A DNA stretch of 56,460 bases, filler included, from Squatina squatina (GCA_031763465.1; 3 parts of 3 records of this genome joined end to end with filler, not necessarily neighbours in it); one strand, 5' to 3'. Shown: positions 12,830-25,346, counted from the first letter of the whole stretch. A program made the numbers and translations. Notes: generated by a model from the letters alone, not told the origin.

Positions 12830-13305
12830 TTCTCAAGTATAAAAGATTAAAGGGTGATTTGATTGAGGTGTTTCAGATGATTAAAGGATAAGATAGGGTA
12901 GATAGAGCTAGGTCGTTCAGGGGTGAGGTCAGGAAGCACTTCTTCACACAAAGGGTGGTGGAAAGCTGAAACTCCCTCCCCCAAAAAGCTGAAGATGCTG
13001 GGGGGAAATTTCAAAACTAAGGTAAGGGTAATAGTAAGAAATACGGAACCAGTTCCCTTGTAACCCTTACCTATAACAATGGGTATGGGGATTGTGCGGG
13101 AAGGGGAAGATCAGCCATGAACTTATTGAATGGCAGAGNNNNNNNNNNCTGAATGGCCTACTCCTGCTCTTATTTCTTATGTTCTTACATTCTTATGTGA
13201 ACAAGGTGGATAAATGGACTTAAGGTACAGAACAGCCACAAACTAATTGAATGGCGGATCAGGCTTGAGCGGTTGAATGGCCTGCTCCTGTTCCGATGTT
13301 TCTGC
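12830..13305 (+). mobile_element. CR1 LINE 3' end with two consecutive 3' tails
   Basis: RLKGDLIEVFQMIKG and HFFTQRVV, then the tail GATCAGCCATGA...TGAATGGCCTACTCCTG...TTATGTTCTTA twice. Confidence 0.75.
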
Positions 13306-13429
13306 TTTCCTAAATTCTTCGTGGGCGCCCCCGCTCCACAAGCATTACTTCACCGAGGAATTTCCAGAAGGCCCCTGGTTGAATCCCCATTCTGGGTTGT
13401 TATTTGATCTCATCTGGTAGCAGTGCGGG

Positions 13430-13715
13430 AAGAGAAAATCTGCTGGGGTTCCCATTGCTAATCACTATCCAGCAACCCCTCATAAAAGTCATTGAGTGGA
13501 ACATTGAGTGGAAGTCAGTATCAACATTGAGTGGAAGTCAGGATTAGGCTTGGCTGTGACAAACTCCGCAGTCCCAAACGGACTGCCAGCACTCTCTGTC
13601 AATAACCCGCACTGGAATAATGGCCACTTGGTCAAGGTACTGGTGGGTGATCGCTGCCCATCAAACCATGATCCAACAATGGGGTGCAAACCTTCAGCGG
13701 AGGAGGAAGAAAATA
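13430..13715 (+). repeat. Third interspersed, probably SINE-like family (also 16845-17055 +, 22212-22500 +, 41930-42085 +, 22872-23000 -, about 18130-18290 -)
   Basis: Shared blocks CTATCCAG..ACCCCT, CAGGAT.AGGCTTGGCTGTGA, GAAT..TGGCCACTTGG.CAAGGTACTG and GTCAATGCCTTC.GGA.AG. Family not named. Confidence 0.55.
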
Positions 13716-14027
13716 AGAAAAAGCTCTTTGACCTGACACAATTATAAATGAACTTCTGTCAACCTAGTTATTGGTGCATGTCAAGCCGCTGTCTGAACAG
13801 TATACTGGTGCTATTAGCTGCGTTGCAACTTCTATGCCTGGATGAAGCAAACAGCACCCGTTGAGAGCTCCAGTGTCACTGTACATACACAGGTGTGCCC
13901 GCATATAATATGAAGGTGCTTTAAGTGTCAGAGGAAACTGGAGCCACAGGTAAAAATAATACACCAGGTGTGAGTGACATGATAGTTTTTACTGCCATTT
14001 CATTCATGCATTATAAAGAAAAAAAAT

Positions 14028-14353
14028 AGAAAGACTTGCATTTCTAAAGCACCTTTCACAACCTCCCAAAGCACTTTACAGCCAATGAAGTAGTTTTGAA
14101 GTGCAGTCAATGTTGTAACATAGGAAACACGGCAGCTAATTTGCGCACAGCAAGCTCCCACAAATTACAATGCAACCAGATAATCTGTTTTAGTGATGTT
14201 GGTTGAGGGATAAGTATTGGCCCAGGACACCGGGAGAAGTCCCCTACATCCATCAAGTAGTGCCATGAGATATTTTACATGCACCTGAGGTGGTAGATGG
14301 GGCTTTCGTTTAACGTCTCATCTGAAAGACAGCACCATCCAACGCTGCAGCAC
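14028..14353 (-). mobile_element. Deu-domain SINE copy (runs into gap)
   Basis: Same core and tail. Confidence 0.8.
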
Positions 14354-15069
14354 NNNNNNNNNNNNNNNNNNNNNNNNNNNNNNNNNNNNNNNNNNNNNNN
14401 NNNNNNNNNNNNNNNNNNNNNNNNNNNNNNNNNNNNNNNNNNNNNNNNNNNNNNNNNNNNNNNNNNNNNNNNNNNNNNNNNNNNNNNNNNNNNNNNNNNN
14501 NNNNNNNNNNNNNNNNNNNNNNNNNNNNNNNNNNNNNNNNNNNNNNNNNNNNNNNNNNNNNNNNNNNNNNNNNNNNNNNNNNNNNNNNNNNNNNNNNNNN
14601 NNNNNNNNNNNNNNNNNNNNNNNNNNNNNNNNNNNNNNNNNNNNNNNNNNNNNNNNNNNNNNNNNNNNNNNNNNNNNNNNNNNNNNNNNNNNNNNNNNNN
14701 NNNNNNNNNNNNNNNNNNNNNNNNNNNNNNNNNNNNNNNNNNNNNNNNNNNNNNNNNNNNNNNNNNNNNNNNNNNNNNNNNNNNNNNNNNNNNNNNNNNN
14801 NNNNNNNNNNNNCCTGCTTACAAGGAGATTTCTTAATTTTCAATATGTTAAGATGAACCATTTCACTCTTCAGGGAGAGAGCAGCAGTGTTTCCTTCTTG
14901 CGCCTCCCCTGCCCCACCAGCAAGTTACATGTCTTTTGTACAAGCAAAGAAATTAATCTGAGTGGAATTACCTGCTCTACCATCGTCCCAGACTGAAGTA
15001 AGATACATAGTACAGTGACAAGGCTATGAGGAAAACAAAAAGAGACATAAAATGCAAATATAAACATTA

Positions 15070-15271
15070 TGAATTGGGTTTCCACCTTATTCCTGTCTTA
15101 AGTGCTGTGTGTGGAAATTCCTTCAGGATGTTTTGACTCGCTGCCTTGGAGTCTTCAACTCGCTGCAGACTCAGCACAAAGCTGAAGAAGATTCGAGGCT
15201 GTGAGTCAAAACATCTTGGGAGAATTCTGCTCACAGCACTTTTAACAGAAGTAAAGTGGAAACCCTATTCA
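15070..15271. repeat. About 200-bp imperfect palindrome
   Basis: Arms TGAATTGGGTTTCCAC...AAGTGCTGTG...GATGTTTTGACTC and GAGTCAAAACATC...CACAGCACTT...GTGGAAACCCTATTCA. Confidence 0.85.
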
Positions 15272-15899
15272 TTGTGTGTGATTCTCAGCACTCCCAACAA
15301 TGAAAGATGAATCTCCTTCCCTCCCTCTCACTCACTCACTCTCCACTTGATTTTTTTTTTGTTTTCTTTTTCTCTTATCTTGGGCGTTGCTGCTCACAGT
15401 AGAAAATGATTAAGTGGTCAGCCCTGAACATGTAAACATATCCATGGCCAATGTAGAATGGGTGGAATTCATAGCCTTTCAGAGATAACGAATTATGTTA
15501 CAATTTTGGTGTTTATTGAACTTCAAGAGTGTCGGTAACAGGAAACAGTTTTATAACACATCTGTTAATGTTCTATGAAAATCTAGAGGAGTGCGAGACA
15601 GCAATCATTTTTCATATTTCCAATTTTTTTATTGCCCTTTGTTTCTAGTAGGAGAAATAGTTCTGGCAGAATTTCTCCACAGCCAATTTACCTAAATTGA
15701 TATTATTTTTTAAAGCGATCCTGCTGTATTTAAATAGCAACAATATGTATTATAATTTTAAAAATCACTGCCTTGTTAAGACAGTGTGGGACCCCCGGCA
15801 GTTAACAGAAGGCCCTTGTCTAAAGAACTCTGCCAAATAGGGGATGGAAAAATAACCACTTTCAGCTCGTAATGTGATTCAGATCTAATTTTTTCCTTA

Positions 15900-16190
15900 G
15901 AGAAATGCTTGTATTTCTATCGCACCTTTCACAACCACCACCCATCTCAAAGTGTCACTTGTTGTAATGTAGGAAACACGGCAGCCAATTTGTGCACAGC
16001 AAGCTCCCACAAACAGCAATGTGACACTGACCGGATATTCTGTTTCAGTGACATTGATTGAGGGATAAATATTGGCCAGGACACCAGGGATAACTCCCCT
16101 GCTCTTCTTCAAAATAGTGACTTGGGATCTTTTACGTCCACTTGAGAGACAGCAGACGGGGTCTTGGTTTAATGTCTCATCCGAATGACG
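15900..16190 (-). mobile_element. Deu-domain SINE copy, truncated
   Basis: Same core and tail. Confidence 0.8.
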
Positions 16191-16660
16191 TGTTAACGTT
16201 CTGGGTTTAGGGGGCATAGACGGAAAGATTACCAGTAATATATTTTATTATTATGTGGACAATTCAGGNNNNNNNNNNNNNNNNNNNNNNNNNNNNNNNN
16301 NNNNNNNNNNNNNNNNNNNNNNNNNNNNNNNNNNNNNNNNNNNNNNNNNNNNNNNNNNNNNNNNNNNNTCCCGCTGACTGCTTTGCCTTGATGGCCAGGA
16401 AACTCGAAATTAACCGATCGACTGCAGTGCCATTTACCCATTAGTGCACATAACACAGTGAAACCTGCTTGCAATAAAACGCAGGCACGGAATTTCCTTG
16501 TAATCAACTGTAGATTATTTCTCTGTAAAGATGCAGTAAATGTGTCACAAACACCTTTAATACTCTTCTGTGAATGTCATGCTGCAAGGCTGCCATCTGC
16601 TAGCTTGCCTTACAGAAAGAAAACCTCAAAAATCATCAGATTATCACACCCCAAGGGCTG

Positions 16661-16836
16661 GATCTTGACTCTGTGCGACAGTGTAAAACCGAGCGGTAGT
16701 GAGTGGGCAGCCCACTTTATATCCCTCCTGATTTTTTGTCTCCAGCAAAGTCAACGGAAGTAAAAATGGGGAGAGATGTAAAACAGGCTGCCCACTTGCT
16801 ATCACCCATTTTACACGATCGTACAAAGTCACGATC
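16661..16836. repeat. About 175-bp palindromic MITE-like element
   Basis: Arms GATCTTGACT...GTGTAAAA...AGTGGGCAGCC and GGCTGCCCACT...TTTTACAC...AGTCACGATC. Confidence 0.85.
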
Positions 16837-17057
16837 TGCTAACCACAGGTTTCATTCCTGGGATGGGCTGGGCTGCGCTCAGTCAGCTCATTGCAGCCAG
16901 GTAGTCATAGGAATGCCACAGTTGGCCTCAGTGCTTCGAGACTTAGGGAGGGGAAGAGTTAGCCAGAGTTCCTGCTCTCCTGATTGTTATCCAGTGATCT
17001 CTGCTGCAAGATACATGCCTGTAGGTGTCGGCTAAGGCCAGGATCAGGGTTTGCCCA

Positions 17058-17500
17058 TAAAAGACTTGCATTTATTAAGCGTTTTTCACAACCGCAGGAC
17101 ATCCCAAACTGCTTTACAACCAATGAAGCATTTGAAGTGTAGTCACTGTTGTAATGTAGGAAACGTGGCAGCCAATTTGCGCACAGCAAGCTCCCACAAC
17201 AGCAATGTGATAATGACCAGATAATCTGTTTGTTAGTGATGTTGATTGCAAGATAGATATTGGCCAGGACACTTGGGAGAACTCCCCTGCTCTTCTTCTA
17301 AATAGTGGCCATGGGATCTTTTACATCCACCTGAGAGGGCAGACGGGGTCTCAGTTTAACATCTTACCTGAAAGACGGCACCTCTGACAGTGCAGCACAC
17401 CCTCAACACTGCACTGGAGCATCAGCCTAGATTTTTGTGTGCAAGTTTTAACCTTGTGACTCAGTGGCAAGGGGGCTACCCATTGAGCTTCGGCTGACAC
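17058..17500 (-). mobile_element. Deu-domain SINE copy, near full length
   Basis: Same core; head remnant TGACTCAGTGGCAAGGGGGCTACCCATTGAGC. Confidence 0.8.
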
Positions 17501-17915
17501 TAAATGGGTTAACAGCCATGTTAATAGAGCTGGGAGAGGAATTTCAGATGAATCCTAGTATCCCATGGTGTAATTTCAGGACATGTATTTCAATACTAAA
17601 TGCAGTGTTATACAATGAGCTATCTGGCTTTTTTAGACTTACCCGTAGCAATCCATTTTTTTAAACAAATGTGCAGCAACCTTTTGCACTTAACTCTGAT
17701 TTGGCGTTGATAAACACCAGGGCAAAACAGTGTAAAATGTCGAGTGAATATGGTGAGAAAACGGAAACATCTCTTAGAAGTAATGAAATAGTGAGAGCCT
17801 GATCATCAGTACTGCCATTTAAATCAGCGGTGGTTAGATTTGCATTCTCTTAGATTTTTTATTTCTGTTGACTTTGAACACTTTGGGTTAATTGGTTAGT
17901 GCTGCTGATGTTAAG

Positions 17916-18015
17916 NNNNNNNNNNNNNNNNNNNNNNNNNNNNNNNNNNNNNNNNNNNNTTAATTAATTAANNNNNNNNNNNNNNNNNNNNNNNNNNNNN
18001 NNNNNNNNNNNNNNN
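17916..18015. other. Artificial scaffold linker N44-TTAATTAATTAA-N44
   Basis: Palindromic 12-mer with stops in all six frames, centred in exactly 100 positions. Confidence 0.95.
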
Positions 18016-18599
18016 CATTGATTGAAATTCATTTTGGTTGTGTCGATTTTAGCTGTTTTAACAGAGCTGATACAGTGTGAATACGTGGCCGGGGCTTCAC
18101 TTTGTGAAGGTCTTTTTTTCTGCCAATTTTCTCCCCTTCCTTTTTACCACTGCTGATTCCTCACTTAGCAGCAAGCATATCACAGTCCTGCCTTCACCCA
18201 GTGTATACACAGCATTCCTCGCAAAGACAAACATTCAGTAAAAGGCTACTGACATTCGACATTTTTTAGCACAGTGTTTGAGCTGAAAGTTTTAAAAAAT
18301 CGGCAGGGGACGAGCAGAAAGATTATAATTTCCTTAGACCCGCTGACAGTCCAGGAATTATTGCAATGACTTTCAAGGTACCAAACCTCATGTTATGTTC
18401 CTTGTACAGGGGTACAACACTAAGTTCTAAAAATGTAATATATCTATCTTCCTCTACTTCTGTGTTCATAAAGAAATAAACACAAGAACCAATAGTCATT
18501 AAAATAAACAAGTGCTTTGATCGAAATATTAGATGCCTAATATTTCTAAATGCATTTGAACATGTCAGGTATTAGGTCAGTTGGATGTATAGCAAATAC

Positions 18600-18728
18600 C
18601 TTTAATATCTTTGTGTAACTGAAGACAATGATTAACCCTGGAATGATGAAATCCAACAGGCCGTAGAACACATCCCAGATGATCTCTTGCACAATATTTG
18701 GCCACACCAGCGTGCAAATCTGATATTC
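18600..18728 (-). CDS. FFAR4: Free fatty acid receptor 4 (GPR120)-like, internal coding exon 2 (ECL2-TM5)
   Basis: Manual minus-strand translation (absent from the ORF track): TTTAAATAG|EYQICTLVWPNIVQEIIWDVFYGLLDFIIPGLIIVFSYTKILK|GTATTT, 129 nt, phase 0/0. It aligns without gaps to recalled human FFAR4 exon 2 (EISICTLIWPTIPGEISWDVSFVTLNFLVPGLVIVISYSKILQ). It lies downstream of CEP55-like exons on the same strand, as in human. Exons 1 and 3 are not visible. Confidence 0.9.
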
Positions 18729-21540
18729 CTATTTAAACATGAAAAATAATACATAACTTGCAAAACTGACCACTAACCGATGAGCCTTAAGATAGACAAT
18801 GATAAAATATATTAAAATGCAAAGACTATTATTGGTGCTGTGCATCTAGAAGGCACACTTATCTCTGCTGTATAAGATTATAATGACTACAATCAAGACT
18901 AGTAGATCTCCTATAGTGTTACGCATGGGTAATCCCAGGACCCGGAATGCAGTTTCTGATACTACAGTCTTGCTGCAGCCTAAACATGACAATGGTCTGC
19001 TATCGCTGTAATGAAGTCAATTTACTGAAGCAATACATGACAAAAAAATATGTTGGCCCAGATTTTGTGGTCACCAGCGAAGTGAAGGCATAATTTCTCC
19101 TTTGCCGATGTTAATTTGATTCTGGCGCTAAGACTGGGGTACCTCCAGCTTGTGTTAAAATTACAGTTAATCGGGACCATTTGTCCCCTTCGCTGGGTGG
19201 ATTTGTAGCTCTTACTGAAACTCTCTGGTGTAGTACTACATCCGAGGTTTATCCAATGACCAGTACTTTAATCATGTTCACTGACTGAGTGCTGCATCAA
19301 ACACCAAATGTATAACCCCCTCTCCCACTGCAAATATTAGTCCTTATCAGGGACACAAAAAACCTCAACTTATATGAATCAAGATGGCAAATTAAAGATT
19401 TTCAAGAAAGTTGTTGGAGCAATTTGGTTGGCAGGCTTTGTGGTACTTACCAGCTTGTGAATGGCATTTCAAAGTAAAATGACCAGTTTNNNNNNNNNNN
19501 NNNNNNNNNNNNNNNNNNNNNNNNNNNNNNNNNNNNNNNNNNNNNNNNNNNNNNNNNNNNNNNNNNNNNNNNNNNNNNNNNNNNNNNNNGTATACTCTCC
19601 TACATATTAGGTGATTTATTTTTATTGCTAACTGCATTGAATGATTTTGCCCTATCTCTTTACCCCCATTTGAGATGAATTCTTCCAAAACAGGTGAACT
19701 TTGACTTGACATGTAGTAAAAGTTCAGTGGCAGCTCTCTTTAGACAGTTGTAAAGCAACAGTTTCTGTGCATCAATGTGTAAATGTAATTTTTACCATAT
19801 CCTTTTGTGTTCACATCTTTGTATAGTGTAATAGGGCTTGTTTAAAAATATTTAAGTGTAGACATGATACAAAAATAAATGCCACTCTGAATTTCCAGGA
19901 GTTAGTAATTGCCCTCTGCGGATACTCGGAGTGTGCTTTGTTGGGACTTTAGCCTGCAGCATGCTTTCTTCTGTTCAGACATGAAGGCACATCAATGGAG
20001 TAGTGACGGTGTCATCCCAAATTTCTTTCTGACCACAATGTTGCAATTTCATTTGGGCAATATACAGCAACATCACAATATTAAAACATTTTGCCTCTCC
20101 AGCAAGAAAATGTTGCCATCCCCTTTTGAGGTATATTTCATGCTAGTGAAATAAGACAGACTGGAGTCTTTCACCACTCGTTTCCTCAGTAATGTCGCTA
20201 GAAGTCCAAACAGCAGATGGTTAAACCAGTCCAAGCTCTTTACTTACCTTAATTTGAAGCAAATCTTGAACAAAATAACTAAAGGCAGCAGGTTTATAGC
20301 ACATACCTTTACTCTTTTAGATGGCCTGAAAATGAATATCAAAATGTTCTTAAAGTTCTACAATGACATCAGAAAACACAAGGCCAAGCCTTACTGAATC
20401 ATCTGACATTTATTAAAAGTTACATATAAATGGACTGGCAATGTTTGGATTTAGAAATAAATGGATTCCCATAAGCAAAAAGAACACATAAATTGGCTGG
20501 AATTTTCACCAAGTATATACAGTTATAAAAATAGACAAATAGCTAAAAAGTGGGAAATAAAAACTTTATACAACTTGTTCTGACTTCACTGAAATAATTT
20601 AAGTTTTGTAAAAATATTGGATTTCCGGGAGGTTACTGGCTTGTGGGTTCAAATGTCAGTATTCAAGCTTTAACCATGAATTCAAGCTTATTTACCATCA
20701 CTACATTCAGATGGGGGGGGGGGGGGCAAGGAACTTTGGANNNNNNNNNNNNNNNNNNNNNNNNNNNNNNNNNNNNNNNNNNNNNNNNNNNNNNNNNNNN
20801 NNNNNNNNNNNNNNNNNNNNNNNNNNNNNNNNNNNNNNNNTCTTTATATCAGCTGATAGTCCTATAGGATAAGGCAGTATTATGGGCTCCCACAATTCAT
20901 ATGATGAAGTGGTCCACACATACCCACCCACCAGATACCAGGCATAAGTATCCCACTAGATGTCAACTCAGAATTCAGAATCAGATCTCCAGTCTCCATT
21001 CGCTAGAGCTGTCTGGAGCGGGGGTTGATCCCTACAACTTCCAACTCAGAGGCAGGAATGCTACCACTAAGCTAAAGGCTCTCTTCCAGTATGCTGCTGT
21101 AACTGGAGTTTATAAGAGGATTGGGCTTTTTTAAAGTTTATGTTAGGTTGATTTGCCACAAAATTAGCTAAATTAACTGGATTGGGCAATTTGAATTGAG
21201 GGATCAATTAAAGCGAGCTGAGTGATTGCCTGATTGAGTTGCCAAGAAGATTCTTGTAGAATTATAAGATTACATTAGGGTGAGGCTGCTTCATCTGTGA
21301 GCGGCTGACTATGGGGAATGCTAATGGATGAATTTTTTGCTGAGAGACAGTAAAAGAAACAAATTTGGCCAAACAGGAATTGGCAGTTGGGTTGTAAATG
21401 TACTGGTGTAATCCTCCTCCAGGTTTCCCACCCAGCACTCTTATGAATTTCAGCATTCATCACAGACATCTGGATGATTTGTTTCAGTATTATTGTAATT
21501 CCTAAGATGCCAATAATAATTTTCAAGATGCTAAGAAAAC

Positions 21541-21716
21541 CTGGTAGAAATCACAGATTTGCAGAATTTATTTTTATCTGCAAGCTGACTGCGCAGGGCA
21601 TTCACCTCATTAGCTCCAGATGTTGATAGCTGATCTTTCATTGTCTGGAACTGCCTATCTTTCTGTTCAAGTTCTTGGATCTGCTTCTGTTTTATAGTTT
21701 CAAGTGCAAGAATTTT
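21541..21716 (-). CDS. CEP55: CEP55-like, next coding exon (coiled coil); 3' boundary uncertain
   Basis: TTTTTTGTGTGCAG|KILALETIKQKQIQELEQKDRQFQTMKDQLSTSGANEVNALRSQLADKNK... joins in frame to ...RLLE and matches human KIRVLEAEKEKNAYQLTEKDKEIQRLRDQL. Possible donors: GAG|GTGAAT (exon end 21606) or the weak CAG|GTTTTC (21541). Confidence 0.72.
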
Positions 21717-21984
21717 CTGCACACAAAAAACACTTCATAAAGATATAGCCTTGAAAATTTCACTTTTAGCAAATTACATAAACATTCTGTTGACTTTGAT
21801 TAAATCAGATCGAGAGTGAAATATTTCTAGTTTCAATTGAACATGTCAACAAATGGAGGGGTATTCTTTGAAATGGTTGGAATAGTCCACCAAGAAAGGT
21901 AAAAGGGGCAAAACTATTGGCAGTAAAAGTGCAATTTGATGCCACTGTCGAAATTTGAGAGATTTCTGTATTATGTACTCCCAT

Positions 21985-22200
21985 CAGGACACCAGAACTC
22001 CCCTGCTCGTCTTTGAATAGTGCCACGTGATCTTTTACGTCCACCTGACGGGGGCAGACGGGAACTCAGTTTAACATCTCATCAGAAAAACAGCACCTAA
22101 CAGTACTGCACTGATGTGTCAGCCTGTATTATGTGCTCAGGTCTCTGGATTGGGACTTGAACCCATGACCTTCTGACTCAAATGCAAGAGTGAGTCAAGG
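21985..22200 (-). mobile_element. Deu-domain SINE, 5' half
   Basis: CAGGACACCAGAACTCCCCTGCTC...GGGACTTGAACCCATGACCTTCTGACTCA (B-box on the minus strand). A head-only remnant also lies at about 21010-21080. Confidence 0.7.
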
Positions 22201-23212
22201 CCTGGGACAGTCTATGGTTCAATTCCCCTCTATCTTGAATTAACTGATTCAACTGCAGCAGCATAGAAGGGATCATTTCAGCCTCAGCACCCCTATTCCT
22301 GACCAGTATCCAGCACCTCAGCTTGAAGTGCATACGTGAGATCTACATTGGTTGCAATACACACATGGTTGAATAAGCAAATGTTGAACAGTCATTCTCG
22401 AAAAATCACCACTTGCAAAACATCGCTAGTGTTTATGTAACTCTACCCCAGCAAATAGTCAATGCCTTCTGGAAAGGGGTCAGGAAAAATAAAGAGAAAA
22501 ATCTGCAGTTGCCGCTATGCCCAAAATTACTTCAGGATATGCTCAGTTATTGTACACCTTGGCTTATACAAAAAGGAATACCTAGATAGAGGAGCACCAG
22601 ATGAATAAGCTCAAATTATGCACTTAACTACATCATTCAAATAGTTACACAAGTGTTTATACATAAAGCCTTCATGTTAGCCAAGCTTACCTAAAGCTCT
22701 TATTCTCCTTCCCTTTTCAAAGCTTATTAAAAGTTGTAGACAACAATATTTACATCACTATCCCATTGGAACCAAATGCTGGAGGTAGCTTGCTGCAGAT
22801 AACTAAGCTGCCCCACATAAATCCAAATTAAAATTGTTCACATTGCACAAATTGAATTTACAAAAAATAAATCTTCTCTTCCTGAAGGCATGGGCAGCTT
22901 ACTGAGGTACAGTCCAGTGAGTGCCCGAGCATCCTGCGGTTACATAGCCCAATATGTCATTCTTTGTGTGAGCCATGACAGGGAAAGTTGCCAGCAGTTC
23001 CACTGGGGAAATCACTGCCAGGGGCCTGCCTAGAGCTCATGCAGGTCCCCCCAGAGATCCATGACCAATGGCACTACAAGGTATCTTCTAAACACTAATA
23101 AGATTGTTATTTAATTAGCAAGTTTACTTTTGGTTTTGTTGCTTATTTTAAGCATCTTAATGTAACGAATAAGTGGTCCAGTTAAATTAGTGGTACATTT
23201 AAAGGGGCACTT

Positions 23213-23540
23213 ATGCTGATCCTCATTATCTCTAACCTCCTCCAGCCCTACAACCCTCCAAGCTCTCTGCGCTTCTCCAATCCTGGCCTTTTGCGCATCC
23301 CCTATTTTAATCATTCCGCCATTGGCGGCTGTGCCTTTAGCAGCCAAGGACCGAAACTCTGGAATTCACTTCCTAAACCTCTCTACCTCGCTCTCCTCTT
23401 TAAAACCTACCTCTTTGACCAAGCTTTTGGTCATCTGCCCTCATTTCTCCTTATGTGGCTTGGTGTCAAATTCTGTTTGATCAACGCTTTCGCGGGACGT
23501 TTTTACTATGCTAAAGGTGCTATATAAAAACAAATTGTCC
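23213..23540 (+). mobile_element. L2 LINE 3' end
   Basis: SNLLQPYNPPSSLRFS...IGGCAFSSQGPKLWNSLP...FKTYLFDQAF, then tail AAAGGTGCTATATAAA. Confidence 0.8.
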
Positions 23541-23713
23541 TTGCTGTGACACTGGGGCAACTCAGTGTCACGCTCACTGGCCCAATGTGAATAGGCCCCG
23601 ATGACGACAGGGATGCAGGAATTGGCAGCTCCTAACCCAGTGGCCCTGAGGCCATTGACAGCAGACTGGGAGGAGGACGAGTCTTGTGCTGGCTTCGCTG
23701 CCATCGAACCCAC

Positions 23714-23793
23714 CTCGAGCAGCCTGTTCCTCTCCCGCTCCCACGCCTGATCTTTGCTCTGCTCCTCCTGGGACTTCTTCAGCAGCGCATTCT
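23714..23793 (-). CDS. CEP55: CEP55-like, 3' part of the first coding exon (5' part in N gap)
   Basis: NALLKKSQEEQSKDQAWERERNRLLE|GTGGGT, phase-0 donor. It resembles human CEP55 ...KLTDKERHRLLE. A candidate acceptor TTACACAG lies near 23918, beyond the gap. Ortholog versus paralog is unresolved. Confidence 0.72.
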
Positions 23794-25346
23794 NNNNNNN
23801 NNNNNNNNNNNNNNNNNNNNNNNNNNNNNNNNNNNNNNNNNNNNNNNNNNNNNNNNNNNNNNNNNNNNNNNNNNNNNNNNNNNNNNNNNNNNNGTGCTCC
23901 TGAAACACGGTGGAGACCTGTGTAACACCATAAATCCACCTTGACTGCACTCTGCAACATCTCAGATGTTTAGGGCCACGAAGTCTTAACGGTCAAATGA
24001 ACAAATTATGGGACAAGATCGCTTTGTGTTGTTTGGAGACTGGTAAGCTCCTTTGCTGACCATCATTGGAAAGAACCCACGGTCTGGCCCAATAGTTGGA
24101 ATTTAGCCAACACAGGCAGCGGCCAATAAATGGTGTATCTAGATGTTCAAAATCTTTCAGTCGCTGTTTTATTTGAGAGGCTTTTAAAATTATTTTCTAC
24201 CCTTAATTTGTTTTGAGTCACAAAGTACCCCTCTGATTTTCTCATCTTCCCTGTAGAGTAAAACTTGTCTTCAGATTCATGTCATTGCAATGACAAGCCC
24301 AAATGAACCACTATACAAAGGCTTGCAAACAACTTAGTGCTGTCTTTTAATGCATGCACCCATTGTTAACACAAAAAATAGAACAAGAAGTTGTATTTGC
24401 TTGACCTACATATCGCCCACTTCCTGGTACTATTTGGTATTAGTGAGGAGGAGGACAAATGACTCACTCTTAAGCCATCTGCCAATGTCACGCTTGACTC
24501 AGAGCCAATCACTCCAACATGTGCAATGTTTTTTCCATTTTCCCTCTCATCCTTGGGTGCATCATCGCCTTCTGGACAGACTCTCCCTGTCTGAGCCAAG
24601 TACTACACTCTAACTACATTTTAATTGTCTTTCAAAAATCTAAAGTTAGAAATAGACTATATTGGTATATAAAGAAATGAGAGCCATATTTATCTAGCCT
24701 TTGGAACTTATATAAAACCAAGATGGCAACTTTTTTTTTAAGTTTTAAAATAAATTAACTTGTGATTGGAATGATTCCCATAGGTGCCTACATTTTGAAG
24801 CCATAATAAGTAATAATGATCATTATTAGTAATAAAGAGTAGCTTTTATGCACAATTAAATCCAAAATAAATTTATTTAGCAGGTTAACTGAGAAAAGCT
24901 CCGCCTTATTCACATGGAATTTAAGAAACTTTACTACTTGTCATTCAGAAGTTTGTGGCAGAAATATCTTCTCTAAAATTCCTGTTCAAATGCAAGGTGG
25001 AGAAAACTAACCTTTTTTAAAGATGACTAGCAAAGCTTCCAAGGAACTGCTCACGGTAAGTTGGAGGATGTGCGGTTTTATAACAGGAATTATACCATCT
25101 GACGCACGTATAATATAGTTGATGATCTGCTGTGTTGCCTGTGGAGCATAATGAAAATAATATTGCCTCTTTCTATAATTGTACTTTTTTTCTTTTGTAC
25201 TCTAATTCTTTGTCACTTGTTACCTTGCTGTATGGCTTTCATGCACNNNNNNNNNNNNNNNNNNNNNNNNNNNNNNNNNNNNNNNNNNNNNNNNNNNNNN
25301 NNNNNNNNNNNNNNNNNNNNNNNNNNNNNNNNNNNNNNNNNNNNNN

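Noticed and set aside
18323-18511. LFILMTIGSCVYFFM ORF as FFAR4 exon 3 (TM6)
   Set aside because: Lacks the ICL3 and WSP motifs and a suitable acceptor; AT-rich intron-like sequence.
20245-20330. Two tiny minus-strand exon-like segments with good donors
   Set aside because: The spacing between them (under 30 nt) is too short for an intron, and there is no CEP55 or FFAR4 similarity.
25023-25055. MTSKASKELLT|GTAAGT resembling the CEP55 N-terminus or a lipase first exon
   Set aside because: Wrong strand for CEP55. For the lipase the phase is incompatible and there is no signal peptide.
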